Positions 1-6,646 of a stretch of 8,463 nt of DNA are shown one piece after another. A program made the position numbers and the translations under genes. Source of the stretch: a virus. Lineage: Duplodnaviria > Heunggongvirae > Uroviricota > Caudoviricetes. The notes beneath the pieces are model-generated. The model did no database searches and had not been told where the DNA came from. It saw only the letters and a list, made by a program, of their open reading frames with translations. The first letter of the stretch is position 1, and each line of letters starts with the position of its first letter. The stretch is taken from IMG/VR virus record IMGVR_UViG_3300000096_000017; one strand, 5' to 3'.

Positions 1-9
1 TTCCCCTGA

Positions 10-1716
10 TTACTCAGAGTCACCGGCATCAATCGTGTCGCCGCTTATAAAGTTAAGCCCGCCTTTTTTGGCCATTGTCAGCGTTACACGAGTGAAGTAA
101 TCAGCGCCGTTGCGTGGGTGCATATCGTTGATAGCCGAACCCCACAGCGTGGTACGGTTGACCAGCGCCGGAGTGGTCGGATGCTGGAACGGGATGGCCG
201 GGACAGCATCACCAGTCACGAAGCCTGCTTTACCCGGATTTTCATCACGGACGTAGCACAGCACATCCATCGAGCTGAACTGAATGTTCTCTGTCGTTAA
301 GTTCTTACAAATACCAGCAGGTACTTCGTACACTTTCACGTTACCGAACAGGGTACCGATGTAGTGAACATACGGAGTCTGGATATAGTCTTCGGCTGAC
401 TGGAAGAAATCCTTCGGCAACTGTTTGAAGAAAGATGCTGCATCAGCACCAGCAAACATCCCCATCGCACCAGAAGATTTAACGCGCTCAATAATGTCGC
501 GATATACAGTCTGGAATTTGCCACGAATGATGGTTGCCCATACATCAAAGGACTGGTTAACCGGCAGAGCGATGTCAAAGGTGTCGGTCGCAAGAGTACG
601 CCAGATCATGATGCGAAGACGCAGCATATCCTGTTCATGAGACAGGTATTCCTTCAGGGTGCGGAACTGTAGGGAACCCAGGTCCAGACCAAATTCACGC
701 TGTGCTTCATACGCCGCCTGTACCGTGTGCTCAGCCGCGATAACGAACTGACTTGGGAACAGGGTGTATTTCTTCATTTCGTGGTTGATCAGCGGGATCA
801 GCTCAGGAGCGGCTTCAATATTGATTTCCGTCTCAATTGCGATCTCAGTGCCTTTATCCGGCGCTTTGGAGAACGACAGGGCAATCTGACCAATGTTGTA
901 GTTCAGAGAGCAGGTAACAGTGATTTGCTCACCAGCAGCATTAGTAAACGAGTGAAGTAGGCTGCCGGAACCGTTATCAACAACAGACTTAATACGGTTA
1001 ACGTAGATGTTAGTGCGACCTTTTCGGATTGGTACATTCTGGCCTTCGAAGTCTTCCATCTTGAAGGTTGCGGTTTTGCTGGTGCCATCGGAGCTTGCCA
1101 CCAGCACATAGCGGCGACGTAACTGGCTGTACACACCGACGGATTGCATGTCCAGAACATCACCAGCAGCATAAGAACCAAAAGATGAACCTGCCACGTT
1201 AAAGACTTCATAGATGTCGGACTGGTCACGCGTAACCGGAATGAAGGTACACGCATCAGCGGTAGCTGCCCCCAACTGAACAGGCAGGATCATCGCGAGG
1301 AATAAAGGCAGACGCATAACACCGTCAGAAACGCTCATCATCTCTGCTGCGACGGATTCCAGCATCGCTTTATTAGTGGCATCCATGCTATTGCGGGTGG
1401 ACTCAATCAGGCAGTTTTCCAGCGTCTGGTGGCAGGAGGCCAGAATTTCCGGACGCGGCATAGATTTATGTGCTGCGGCGTAGTCAGCCAGTGCACTTGC
1501 CCACGCTGTAGCGATTTGAGCGGTGGCATTATCAGAGATACCCGCAAAAACCGGGTCTTTACGTGCAGCTTCAAGGATAGATGCGGCACGCGCGGCATCA
1601 TCTTTAATGAATTGGTTATCAGTACCGAACTGCGCAGTGCTTGCCCAGCCAAGCACAGCTTTAGAGCGTTTTGCGATATCTGCAATACGATTCTGGTATT
1701 CGCGTAAGTTACTCAA
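10..1716 (-). CDS. Large structural protein, probably major head (capsid) protein precursor, analogous by position to P1 gene 23
   Basis: Single long minus-strand ORF (track 10..1737, 575 aa) with no in-frame ATG in its first ~90 codons. The track start at 1737 is TTG with no ribosome-binding site; a second in-frame TTG at 1716 follows AGGAAG by 6 nt, so 1716 is the likelier start. Ala-rich N-terminal region resembles a cleavable scaffold-like domain. Product call rests on size, position next to parS as I recall for P1, and the palindromic promoter upstream; no catalytic motif was recognised. Confidence 0.5.
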   Translation of the reverse strand: MSNLREYQNRIADIAKRSKAVLGWASTAQFGTDNQFIKDDAARAASILEAARKDPVFAGISDNATAQIATAWASALADYAAAHKSMPRPEILASCHQTLENCLIESTRNSMDATNKAMLESVAAEMMSVSDGVMRLPLFLAMILPVQLGAATADACTFIPVTRDQSDIYEVFNVAGSSFGSYAAGDVLDMQSVGVYSQLRRRYVLVASSDGTSKTATFKMEDFEGQNVPIRKGRTNIYVNRIKSVVDNGSGSLLHSFTNAAGEQITVTCSLNYNIGQIALSFSKAPDKGTEIAIETEINIEAAPELIPLINHEMKKYTLFPSQFVIAAEHTVQAAYEAQREFGLDLGSLQFRTLKEYLSHEQDMLRLRIMIWRTLATDTFDIALPVNQSFDVWATIIRGKFQTVYRDIIERVKSSGAMGMFAGADAASFFKQLPKDFFQSAEDYIQTPYVHYIGTLFGNVKVYEVPAGICKNLTTENIQFSSMDVLCYVRDENPGKAGFVTGDAVPAIPFQHPTTPALVNRTTLWGSAINDMHPRNGADYFTRVTLTMAKKGGLNFISGDTIDAGDSE

Positions 1717-1768
1717 TTTACTCTTCCTTAAACACAAGGCACTTGTGTGAATCCCTTTTCGGAAGAGA

Positions 1769-1796
1769 TTTTATTGAAAGTCACTTGTTGACTTTC
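1769..1796 (-). promoter_or_regulatory. Candidate late-type promoter for the structural gene: 8-bp inverted repeat plus -10 hexamer
   Basis: Perfect inverted repeat GAAAGTCA (1776-1783) / TGACTTTC (1789-1796) with a 5-bp spacer. On the minus strand a TAAAAT hexamer (plus 1769-1774) lies about 14 bp downstream of the palindrome centre, roughly 25-45 nt upstream of the candidate start codons. P1 late promoters are described as a -10 element plus an upstream inverted repeat bound by the late activator; the exact consensus is not recalled. Confidence 0.35.
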
Positions 1797-1853
1797 TCGT
1801 GACAAGCAATTTTTTTATTTTTTTCGGGAGTAGGGGAGGAAGGTAAAATCCAA

Positions 1854-1940
1854 GGTGAAATCGTGGCGATTTCACCTTGAAATTTTAGAGGGATTTACTT
1901 TAAAAACAGTAGGTTAATAGTGAAATTTGAATGGCGAAAG
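1854..1940 (-). other. parS: parS partition site (centromere) of the P1 type
   Basis: Begins immediately after the parB stop codon. Read on the minus strand it contains the P1 parS motif layout: box B TCGCCA (plus 1932-1937), box A ATTTCAC (1920-1926), an AT-rich ~35-bp spacer where IHF binds in P1, then ATTTCAA (1877-1883), GTGAAAT (1869-1875), box B TCGCCA (1864-1869) and box A ATTTCAC (1855-1861). Confidence 0.85.
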
Positions 1941-1941
1941 T

Positions 1942-2943
1942 TTAAGGCTTCGGCTTTTTATCGAGGCTCTTTCTAAGGATATGCCCAATCATCCTGTCGA
2001 GTTCTTCCTGTAGCTCTTTTGAAAGTCGATTAAACTCATAAGAAAATGCACGGCCTTTCACGCGCTTCCTTGCAAAGCGATCCTTGTCCTCAAATTTCCA
2101 TAATTCAGTAACTACGGACTTATCTTTAGAACCTTTATCCGTGAGTAGTGAGGCTTCCTTTGTTATCAAGCGCAGGATTTTATTTTTAACTTCATCTTCG
2201 GCCATTTCTTCAATGGATAAGATGTCGTTTATTTCCGGGGATATGTTTTGAATAAGCTGATCAAACTCTAAATTCTTGTTCCCCATTTCGTCGCCAACAG
2301 CACAAAGCGTTTTGTAGTCCGAAAAGGTTAATTCCGACTGCACAGGGAAAAGGGCGACTAATTCTTCCGGAGCACTCGCTGCCTGGAGAGCACGCGTGAC
2401 CTTCGCCTGAGACAGCCCTTCTTTGGCTGCAATATCCTTCTGACTCATCCCATCATTTTTCATTCGCATCAAACGCAGACCTATTTCTCGAATGCTGTGC
2501 TGCAATGCTGTCTGAACGTCTTTCGCTAAATTTTGCGCTTCCTGAACGCTGATCTCCTGGTCCGTGACTAAAACCCGCAACCCTACGTTCTCTAAGATGG
2601 CAGAAGCTCGACGCCGGGAACCATCCAAAATTTCAATTTTCCCTGTAGCCCGTCTAACACCTATTGCAGGGTAAAATTGCTGATGCTTAATAGTGCTTCG
2701 GATACTTTTTAATGATTTTGGCGTAAGAGATGCCTGGTCACGCCCGTTGTTATGCTGATCAACAAAGGTATCGCTTTCTACCTGGTTCGGAGGTATTACC
2801 TCTTCAATAAATGTGGCCTGGCGACCAGTTGATAACTTGAATACCTGCTCGACTCGATCGCCAGAGGCTGAAGAACTATCAAATCCGCTTAATATTGAAG
2901 GATTAAGGGTTCGCCCAATTGTTGGTCTGTTTTTCTTTGACAT
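1942..2943 (-). CDS. parB: ParB centromere-binding partition protein, 333 aa
   Basis: ATG start at 2943, TAA stop at 1942-1944; lies 16 nt downstream of parA with GGAG immediately after the parA stop. Length, position directly upstream of parS, and the translation (MSKKNRPTIGRTLNPS...) match what I recall of P1 ParB. Confidence 0.95.
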   Translation of the reverse strand: MSKKNRPTIGRTLNPSILSGFDSSSASGDRVEQVFKLSTGRQATFIEEVIPPNQVESDTFVDQHNNGRDQASLTPKSLKSIRSTIKHQQFYPAIGVRRATGKIEILDGSRRRASAILENVGLRVLVTDQEISVQEAQNLAKDVQTALQHSIREIGLRLMRMKNDGMSQKDIAAKEGLSQAKVTRALQAASAPEELVALFPVQSELTFSDYKTLCAVGDEMGNKNLEFDQLIQNISPEINDILSIEEMAEDEVKNKILRLITKEASLLTDKGSKDKSVVTELWKFEDKDRFARKRVKGRAFSYEFNRLSKELQEELDRMIGHILRKSLDKKPKP

Positions 2944-2959
2944 GGGGGTTTCTTACTCC

Positions 2960-4156
2960 TCAGTTAGATCTGATAAATTCAATACGGTCAAAAACTGCTT
3001 TAGCAAAATCTTCCGCAGCAATTCGCGCGTTCTTCAATGCATCAGCACTACCAACATACGTTGCCGGGTTAGCTGAAATAACAGTGTCAAAAGACTCGCC
3101 GCAGCGTTCAAAACCGTCAAGGCGAGGGAGGACAACATCAAGCATATCCCCACCGAACACTTCTTTAGCCAGGCTATGGCAATACTTATGGTCTGCCTTG
3201 TTACTCAACTTGGACATAAAACCAATGTTAGTTGCAAGCTGACACTCGCAGCCTTCATCCGAAATGAGTTTCACCAACTCAGGAAGGCGGGCAACGTATT
3301 TAAGCGATGAGTGGAAATCAACCGTTGCAGGCGGCAGAGGTGTAAACAGTATATTGGCCGAGGCCAAAGCATTTTTCAGGAAGGCGTCAAGGTGAGGACC
3401 ACTATCAACGAGGATAAAGTCATAATCGCTCTTCAGCTTATCAATCACATTTTCTTTCAGGACTGCATGGATGTTCTGACCCGGTAGATGCTCATTGCAC
3501 AGCTCTCTCCAATCGGATGCAATAAAGGCATCGTCAATCGACGCAGGCATAACGTCAACCCCAGGTACAACAGAAGGAACAATAAACTCCTCTAACAGCT
3601 CTTCACGGCTTACATTCTGCAACATAGCCTGTGCAGATGTTGCGTTTACGATACCAATAGAGTGTTTATGGCTTAAAAACATCGTTGCTGAAGATTGCGG
3701 ATCAAGGTCAATAACCAGAATCCTTAAATCTTCCATCAGAAGATGAGGATGAGCACGCATTGCATGCGCCAGAGAAACCGTCGATACAGTTTTTGACACA
3801 CCGCCTTTAAGATTGGAGATGAAAATCACATACGCTTCGCTGTAGCGATCCCGGTATTTTGGCACTCCGCGATGTTCATATATGTCAATGATGTTCTGAA
3901 TTGACATCGCATATTTCATTGAAGAGCCAGCAGGGCGTTTATCGAAAACATAACCCTTTTCTTCCATTTCACTTACGGCATAGTCAACGTTCGCACGAGT
4001 CAGTAGAGGCAATTTTGCCAGTGCCGCTTTCGCATAGACCTGGTAAAACTCGTTCGCGTGTAGCTCATCCTTTTGCAACTGTACTTGTTCAGTCAGAACA
4101 TTGAGCATTCTATTTGCTCTTTGAGCAACCTTGTGAAGCTGGCTGGAATCACTCAT
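2960..4156 (-). CDS. parA: ParA partition ATPase, 398 aa, type Ia with N-terminal DNA-binding extension
   Basis: ATG at 4156 preceded by AGGA at 9-nt spacing. Deviant Walker A motif KGGVSKT within NLKGGVSKTVST, and a ~100-aa N-terminal extension typical of autoregulatory type Ia ParA. Translation (MSDSSQLHKVAQRANRML...) matches my recollection of P1 ParA. Confidence 0.95.
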   Translation of the reverse strand: MSDSSQLHKVAQRANRMLNVLTEQVQLQKDELHANEFYQVYAKAALAKLPLLTRANVDYAVSEMEEKGYVFDKRPAGSSMKYAMSIQNIIDIYEHRGVPKYRDRYSEAYVIFISNLKGGVSKTVSTVSLAHAMRAHPHLLMEDLRILVIDLDPQSSATMFLSHKHSIGIVNATSAQAMLQNVSREELLEEFIVPSVVPGVDVMPASIDDAFIASDWRELCNEHLPGQNIHAVLKENVIDKLKSDYDFILVDSGPHLDAFLKNALASANILFTPLPPATVDFHSSLKYVARLPELVKLISDEGCECQLATNIGFMSKLSNKADHKYCHSLAKEVFGGDMLDVVLPRLDGFERCGESFDTVISANPATYVGSADALKNARIAAEDFAKAVFDRIEFIRSN

Positions 4157-4169
4157 CGAAAGTCATCCT

Positions 4170-4209
4170 TTATGCTGTATTTTTGAATTTAATTAAAAAT
4201 GCTGCATAA
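4170..4209 (-). promoter_or_regulatory. par operator/promoter region (imperfect 40-bp inverted repeat)
   Basis: TTATGCTGTATTTTTGAATT (4170-4189) is a near inverse complement of AATTAAAAATGCTGCATAA (4191-4209), with 2 mismatches and 1 indel, in an AT-rich stretch 14-53 bp upstream of the parA ATG. In P1, ParA binds a large imperfect palindrome overlapping the par promoter. Confidence 0.55.
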
Positions 4210-4296
4210 AATAATAATGTATGCGTAGATGCTTGTACATAGCATTCTCTGCATGTTTGGTTCATTTTGCACGATTGAGAGTTACAAGGAGGGCAC

Positions 4297-4317
4297 AAAA
4301 AAGCCCCGTTCAGGGGC
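4297..4317 (-). terminator. Rho-independent terminator after the 269-aa gene
   Basis: Stem GCCCC (4303-4307), loop GTTCA, stem GGGGC (4313-4317), starting 8 nt past the stop codon at 4325-4327. On the minus strand the hairpin is followed by a TTTTTT run (plus A-run 4297-4302). Confidence 0.6.
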
Positions 4318-4324
4318 ATCAGTG

Positions 4325-5134
4325 TTATTTGCTAAGAGCAGCGAATAATCGTTCGAAATCGATAGTATCTATAGCACGCGTAAGCGCCGGAAGTTCAGCC
4401 TCAAAGTACCCGTGTCGATCGTAAAAGAAGGGACCGAAGAGCGAGGCATGTTGGATTCTACTTCGCCCCAGCCCGGACACACAGTTAAGCCCATTACCGG
4501 CTAAAAGGCTAAAAAACTTCTCTGGATTATCGTGGTAAAGCTGGGAATCAATGGTGGCGGTTAACTCTTCCATAGGGAAGCACACCCGCCCTGTATCCCA
4601 GGGATATTTAGTCCGAAGCATAAACATTGCTTTCAGCAATTCACATTGAGCGCGGATCGCGTCCGGTTCATAGCCAGATATGGAGACATAAGCCACGTCC
4701 CTCATTCCTGCGTCATCTTTGAAAGTCACGATAGAAGTAACATCCAGCTCTTTTTCGAAAGAGCAAGCAGCATCTACTGGACGCTGAAGTAAATCATTCG
4801 ACTTAATGCGCTCGAGAATCCCTCCCCACATATCATTTAGATATTCGATATGAGCCAAAACCTTATCAAGACACTCTCGTGTAAACCATTCAGTATGCCC
4901 GCCACCGGCGCTTTTCTCCCACGGCGCATTCCAGGGGAAAAAGGTTGCGTGTAAAGCCCGCTCAAGATTAACCATTGCCAAACGCGTACCACGATAGACC
5001 CGTGAAAGCGCAAAATCGGGACTCACTTGTAGCCCTTTAAACCGTGCCAATGGACCACATGAAATGCCGATTTTAAAAGTATCTCCGTTCTCTGGCACCA
5101 GAACGTAGAGGTAGTGTTGTTTCTCTTCTTGCAT
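4325..5134 (-). CDS. Standalone 269-aa protein with GIY-YIG-like (T5orf172/MUG113-type) N-terminal domain and uncharacterised C-terminal domain
   Basis: ATG at 5134, TAA at 4325-4327, own terminator downstream. Residues 8-25 YLYVLVPENGDTFKIGIS fit the GIY-x(9-11)-YIG spacing, followed by a conserved-position Arg (GPLAR), LERALHATF and GGGHTEWF, matching the pattern I recall for T5orf172-type domains. The C-terminal ~170 aa have no motif I recognise. Weak ribosome-binding site. Confidence 0.75.
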   Translation of the reverse strand: MQEEKQHYLYVLVPENGDTFKIGISCGPLARFKGLQVSPDFALSRVYRGTRLAMVNLERALHATFFPWNAPWEKSAGGGHTEWFTRECLDKVLAHIEYLNDMWGGILERIKSNDLLQRPVDAACSFEKELDVTSIVTFKDDAGMRDVAYVSISGYEPDAIRAQCELLKAMFMLRTKYPWDTGRVCFPMEELTATIDSQLYHDNPEKFFSLLAGNGLNCVSGLGRSRIQHASLFGPFFYDRHGYFEAELPALTRAIDTIDFERLFAALSK

Positions 5135-5167
5135 ATCAATACCACTGCTTGATGAGAACCGCGCAAA

Positions 5168-5425
5168 TGTTGACTATGCGCGAAGGTTAATGTGAATAGT
5201 TGACTATGCGCGATGTGACTACAGTCAAAAGTTGACTGTAGTCGATTTAACTCCACCAAAGATCGACTATGTAAGATATTGTCGGGAGAAACGTTGACTA
5301 TACGCGATGAAATGCCCCTAAAAGCCATCTCAATAGCGACTTGCAGAATATTGACGCCAGCAAAAATCCACCAGCGTCAACGAATGTCGCCTATAGTCAA
5401 CTTCTCGCTATCGCATATAGTCAAT
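5168..5425. repeat. incA-like iteron array downstream of repA, about 9-10 copies in both orientations
   Basis: Core AGTCAA/TTGACT with flanks matching the origin iterons. Reverse-orientation copies at 5168-5183, 5198-5214, 5231-5243, 5293-5308 (perfect reverse complement of an origin iteron) and degenerate 5263-5275, 5348-5360. Forward copies at 5217-5228, 5388-5401, 5410-5425 and degenerate 5372-5385. Confidence 0.8.
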
Positions 5426-5426
5426 A

Positions 5427-6311
5427 TTATGGATTGCGCTTATGGATCTGGAAGCCGATTTTCCTGCCGTTTTTTATCTCTGAAAATTTAAGATATTCAA
5501 TAGCTTCCAAATCTTTCATGGCTTTTCTGATAACGCTATTTTGCACGCTAACGGATGATTTGAGATTAAGCCTCGCTCTAAGGCGCTCAATGCTGACAGG
5601 TGCCGGGTTGGCGGGTAGAGCCTCAAAGAATGTATACAGTACCTTGGCCGTCTCTTTGCGCCCTAGTTTATCCAGCATCTTCAGCTTCAGGATTCGCTTA
5701 TAGTCAACATAGTAAAGTTCAGATAGCTGTTTCTGCGGCTGGATCTCGATAACATCAAGCTCGGTATTCAGGCTGCTATATGCCAACAAGTTGACGTTAA
5801 TGTTATTGAGATGACCTTTTGCCGCCGGGAAGCGGAATTTGACAACTGTCTGCTGAATGCGTGTCAGAGAGTCATCAATACTTTTACGGAACGCCTTTGA
5901 AAGGCGCTTACGTGGATAGCCGCATCGATCGGCAAACTCGGAGAATGGCAGGGTGATTATGCCGTCATCATCAGGTGCGTAGTCAAACAACGCGGAGGTT
6001 ATGCCCACCCACACCTTAAAATCAGTATCCATATCCAGGCGTGGACCATGAATTTCAATTCCCTCATAGCCTTCCTGCTCAACAATTTTGAGGCTTGATA
6101 GTTCTTCAGTTGCGTTCGTTGTGTTTGTTGTAACTGACGATCCGCGACGTAGCGCCACATTGGTAGATTTTAAGGTTGGCACAAACACACCTAAGCGCAA
6201 CAAAGCGATGGGTTGTATAGTGCTGTTGTTATTGGGCTTCAGGCTGTGGATTTCTCCTGTATTTCCTGCAACTTCTTCAACGCTAAGGAAGCCTTTACTT
6301 TCTTCCGGCAT
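5427..6311 (-). CDS. repA: Iteron-binding replication initiator RepA, P1 RepA family
   Basis: Track ORF 5427..6347 starts at TTG; an in-frame ATG at 6311 is preceded by GGAG at 8-nt spacing (GTG at 6314 also possible), giving ~294 aa. Motif-by-motif similarity to P1 RepA as I recall it (QPIALLRLGVFVP, GPRLDMDTDFKVW, YTFFEALPANPAPVSIERLRARL, C-terminal HKRNP) but clearly diverged. Flanked on both sides by iterons. Confidence 0.9.
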   Translation of the reverse strand: MPEESKGFLSVEEVAGNTGEIHSLKPNNNSTIQPIALLRLGVFVPTLKSTNVALRRGSSVTTNTTNATEELSSLKIVEQEGYEGIEIHGPRLDMDTDFKVWVGITSALFDYAPDDDGIITLPFSEFADRCGYPRKRLSKAFRKSIDDSLTRIQQTVVKFRFPAAKGHLNNINVNLLAYSSLNTELDVIEIQPQKQLSELYYVDYKRILKLKMLDKLGRKETAKVLYTFFEALPANPAPVSIERLRARLNLKSSVSVQNSVIRKAMKDLEAIEYLKFSEIKNGRKIGFQIHKRNP

Positions 6312-6359
6312 CACGGTTTCTCCATGTGTGGCGCGGCCTGACGTCAATTTGGATGGCTG

Positions 6360-6603
6360 TTATCAACAGCTGTGAATATTCAGACTCTAAAATCGCTTAC
6401 AGTCAATGTTTCTGTCGCGTATAGTCAACAATAAATCGCGTGCAGTCAACAATAAATCGTGCACAGTCAACATAAAATCGCGTATAGTCAATGTTGATCC
6501 CATTTCAGGCCAGTAATGACGCGGCTTACAGCGATCCGGGATCTTCTTTGGATCTTCCTAGGTTCTCTTTAGGATCTGTTTATTGGATCTATGCTGTGGA
6601 TAA
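6360..6603. other. Vegetative plasmid origin (oriR-like): DnaA boxes, GATC cluster and iterons
   Basis: Perfect DnaA box TGTGGATAA at 6595-6603; six GATC sites at 6496, 6533, 6540, 6551, 6573 and 6586, several in a GGATCT context; the five iterons; and an 8/9 DnaA-like box TTATCAACA at 6360-6368 between iterons and repA. Same module order as P1 oriR. Confidence 0.7.
6392..6493. repeat. Origin iterons: five direct repeats of ~17-19 bp at 21-bp spacing
   Basis: Copies at 6392-6408, 6415-6430, 6435-6451, 6456-6472 and 6477-6493, consensus approximately ATCGCGTRYAGTCAAYR, all in the same orientation. AGTCAA cores start at 6401, 6423, 6444, 6465 and 6486. Confidence 0.85.
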
Positions 6604-6611
6604 GTTGAATA

Positions 6612-6632
6612 AACCGGCCAACAAAGCCGGTT
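6612..6632 (-). terminator. Possible intrinsic terminator for the upstream minus-strand operon
   Basis: Stem AACCGGC (6612-6618), 7-nt loop, stem GCCGGTT (6626-6632), 15 bp downstream of the 130-aa gene stop. On the minus strand it is followed by a T-rich but interrupted tract (TATTCAACTTAT), so it is weak. Confidence 0.35.
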
Positions 6633-6646
6633 GGAAGGAAGTCATA

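Noticed and set aside
118-1750. Plus-strand ORFs 118..300, 425..640, 727..960, 1429..1707, 1523..1750 and alternate-frame minus-strand ORFs 336..593, 903..1256, 1407..1685
   Set aside because: All lie inside the long 575-aa minus-strand ORF, are short, lack ribosome-binding sites, and have odd composition; treated as shadow ORFs.
1776-1796. Palindrome upstream of the structural gene as an extra RepA iteron pair
   Set aside because: It shares only the TTGACT core with the iterons and lacks the ATCGCG flank; its position and -10 spacing fit a promoter element better.
2813-4424. Plus-strand ORFs 2813..3076, 2919..3242, 3495..3746, 3901..4104, 4221..4424
   Set aside because: Antisense to parB, parA or the par promoter/terminator region; the last one runs through the terminator hairpin and into the 269-aa gene. 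No independent support.
5023-5703. ORFs 5023..5328 (-), 5279..5491 (+) and 5341..5703 (+) across the incA-like region
   Set aside because: They span the iteron array and overlap the 3' end of repA or the 5' end of the 269-aa gene; translations are dominated by repeat-derived sequence.
5168-6493. Iteron arrays as a possible CRISPR array
   Set aside because: Repeats are ~17-19 bp at 21-bp spacing with essentially no spacers, occur in both orientations downstream of repA, and flank an initiator gene; this is the iteron pattern, not CRISPR.
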